Positions 62,171 to 64,000 of a stretch of DNA of 64,000 bases are shown here, piece after piece. The stretch is from Takakia lepidozioides (taxonomy: Eukaryota; Plantae; Bryophyta): positions 9,238,001 through 9,302,000 of the forward strand of contig CM060732.1 in assembly GCA_030704615.1 (NCBI GenBank), given 5' to 3'. Each line of letters starts with the position of its first letter. Position 1 is the first letter of the stretch. The position numbers and the translations under genes are program-made. Under the pieces are notes generated by a model. The model saw only the letters and a program-made list of their open reading frames with translations, searched no databases and was not told the DNA's origin.

Positions 62171-63416
62171 GGGTAAAGCCTCGGCACGAGAGGCCATTAC
62201 GGGGTTCGAAGCCAGGTCGATGGCGCAGCCCCAGACCAATGCGCTGTACTGGAAACACGCAGGGCCGAGGACCACGTACTGGCCCGAGGCCTCGGGATAT
62301 TTGTAATCTAGGAATAGCCTAAAGAGAGGCCTTGTCCCTACAAGGCAGGGCACATTAATGGGCTTTGTCATTAATGCCAAGAGCAAGGCGCCCCCCACCC
62401 GGACCCACCTGCTATTTCCTCGCCACGCCGTACCCAATCCTCGCCATGCATGCGTGCCCTGCCATGCTCCATGCGAGGCCCCATGCCCCATGCTCCATGC
62501 GAGGCCCCATGCCCCATGCTCCATGGTCATGTTTGTTATCCATAGATGATTTTAGCGGGATGAGTCTAAAATGGATGAGGTTAGGGGTGTGGTTAGGGTA
62601 ACGATTGTTTTGACATTGCTAATTATCTTGGCTCCCAAAGCAAACAGCGAGGTTCTATGGATTGGTGAATGGATTAGTGGAAGCGATTACGAGTAGATTA
62701 GATTAGTGAGGTGAGCTTGTGGATCACTAAACACTTCATGTGGTCGTCAAGGTTTCTCTGGCTTATCACTTAAGTGATACAAGATATGTTTAGAGGAAAC
62801 CGCGGTCGAGGTTTCCCTGGCATATTACTTAGGTGATATAAGATATGTTTGGAAGAAACCGCGGTCGAGGTTTCCCTGACATATCACTTAAGTGATATAA
62901 GATATATCTAGAGGAAACTGCGGTCGAGGTTTCCCTAACATGATGGTATATCTTAATATGTTTGGAGGAAGCGCATTCAAGTTTCCCTAGCATACCACTT
63001 GCATACCATTCACAATGCAAACATAATAAAAAAGAACTCAGCTAGTTTGCAAAGAACTCACTAAGCCAAAAAACTCACTAAGCCCCAAACAAACAAAACC
63101 CTAAACCAGCCACCGCCCTAAAAGACCCCCTAACCTATCCATCCTAAATTCATCCTTAAATTCATCCATGGATAACAAACATGCTATGGAGCATGGGGGA
63201 GGGCTCATAGAGCATGGTAGGGCCCGCATTCATGGTGAGGAGTATGGCGAGCAAGGGGCATGGCGGGCCGAGAGTGTGGGCTGGTTCCTGCATTAACGAT
63301 AGTATGGCTTTATTATAGCCCTTAATGAGGGCCTATCTTGTAGGGACAAGGCTCTCTTTAGGCTAATCCTAGAGTACAAGTATCCGGAGACCCGGCCGAG
63401 GGCTGAGGCTTTACCC
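62171..63416. mobile_element. Non-autonomous foldback/MULE-like element with ~300-430-bp imperfect terminal inverted repeats and an internal 59-bp tandem array
   Basis: Left arm GGGTAAAGCCTCGGC...AGCCTAAAGAGAGGCCTTGTCCCTACAAG...CATGTTTGTTATCCAT. Right arm ATGGATAACAAACATG...CTTGTAGGGACAAGGCTCTCTTTAGGCT...GCTGAGGCTTTACCC. Confidence 0.75.
62748..63000. repeat. 59-bp tandem repeat (~4 units) with two internal palindromes
   Basis: Unit TATCACTTAAGTGATAYAAGATATGTTTRGAGGAAACCGCGGTCGAGGTTTCCCTGRCA; GGTTTC recurs at 62751, 62810, 62869 and 62928. Confidence 0.85.
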
Positions 63417-64000
63417 TGCGTAAAGTATCCGAATATGTACTACATTTATTTGGCGCAATCTGATTGGGCGTGAATTATCCCATATCGATTGCCCATATTC
63501 AGAACCCTGTGGAGGATGTAAACGGGGGCGAGCTGCAAGGGAGTGGAGGCTGGCCTATGGGTGATTACGTCATCCCTGCTTTAACGGAGTACTATTTGGA
63601 GGAGTACGTTACACCCAAATATAACGTACTCCCCAAAGTATAAGGTACTTACCCTAAAATTTGTCCAGATAAGCGTACTCAAACTACAAAGAAAAAAAGT
63701 GATGAGGTTCTTTACGTCTGAAGTTGAGTGTACGCCTGAATGTTTTTTCTGGTCAAGTACCATTCAATGTGTTGTTGCACTTTTCTTGTTGTCAAAGGAG
63801 CACTTCTCTCATTGTTGTCTACTTTTCATTTTGATGAACACTTGAAATTGACGATTTCATCATGGATACCAGACCATGCCTCAAATTCACACCGTCTTGC
63901 TTAAAATAAACTTCATTATTCAGACCTGGCATGCGTATATGTCAAAAAACTATTTTGTATACCATATTCGTACCTAGCTGATCGTTCGGACAGTCTGGCG

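Noticed and set aside
62748-63000. CRISPR-like array (palindromic repeats at regular spacing)
   Set aside because: The intervening sequences are also repeated (true tandem units, no unique spacers), there are no cas genes, and the context is eukaryotic. The same applies to the other palindromic arrays.

Overview
Eukaryotic land-plant genomic DNA with spliceosomal introns. The PLS-type PPR style and the retrotransposon lineages suggest a non-seed plant (inference). Two apparently intact host genes bracket the window: a 4-exon GT47/exostosin xyloglucan glycosyltransferase (1874-5904, +) and a 6-exon arginase (55085-60371, +). Between them lies about 48 kb of transposon-rich sequence. It holds a PPR pseudogene, a doubly deleted Ty1/copia with a half-tRNAiMet primer site, a B3-domain exon, an FCP1/NIF-type pseudophosphatase remnant, and a full-length but degenerate Galadriel-like chromovirus (19432-26256, GCAAA TSD). 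It also holds a roughly 21-kb nest of non-chromovirus Ty3/gypsy elements inserted into one another, Myb/SANT and possible transposase remnants, and five distinct arrays of palindromic subterminal-type repeats. A foldback element with an internal 59-bp array follows the arginase gene. The most interesting signal is a very large extra ORF of about 1,200 aa, reconstructed from partial copies, that the nested gypsy family carries in sense orientation just upstream of its PPT and 3' LTR. It has a plant-transposon-protein-like N-terminus, a coiled coil and a C-terminal globular domain I cannot assign. A 500-N scaffold gap lies at 27774-28273.
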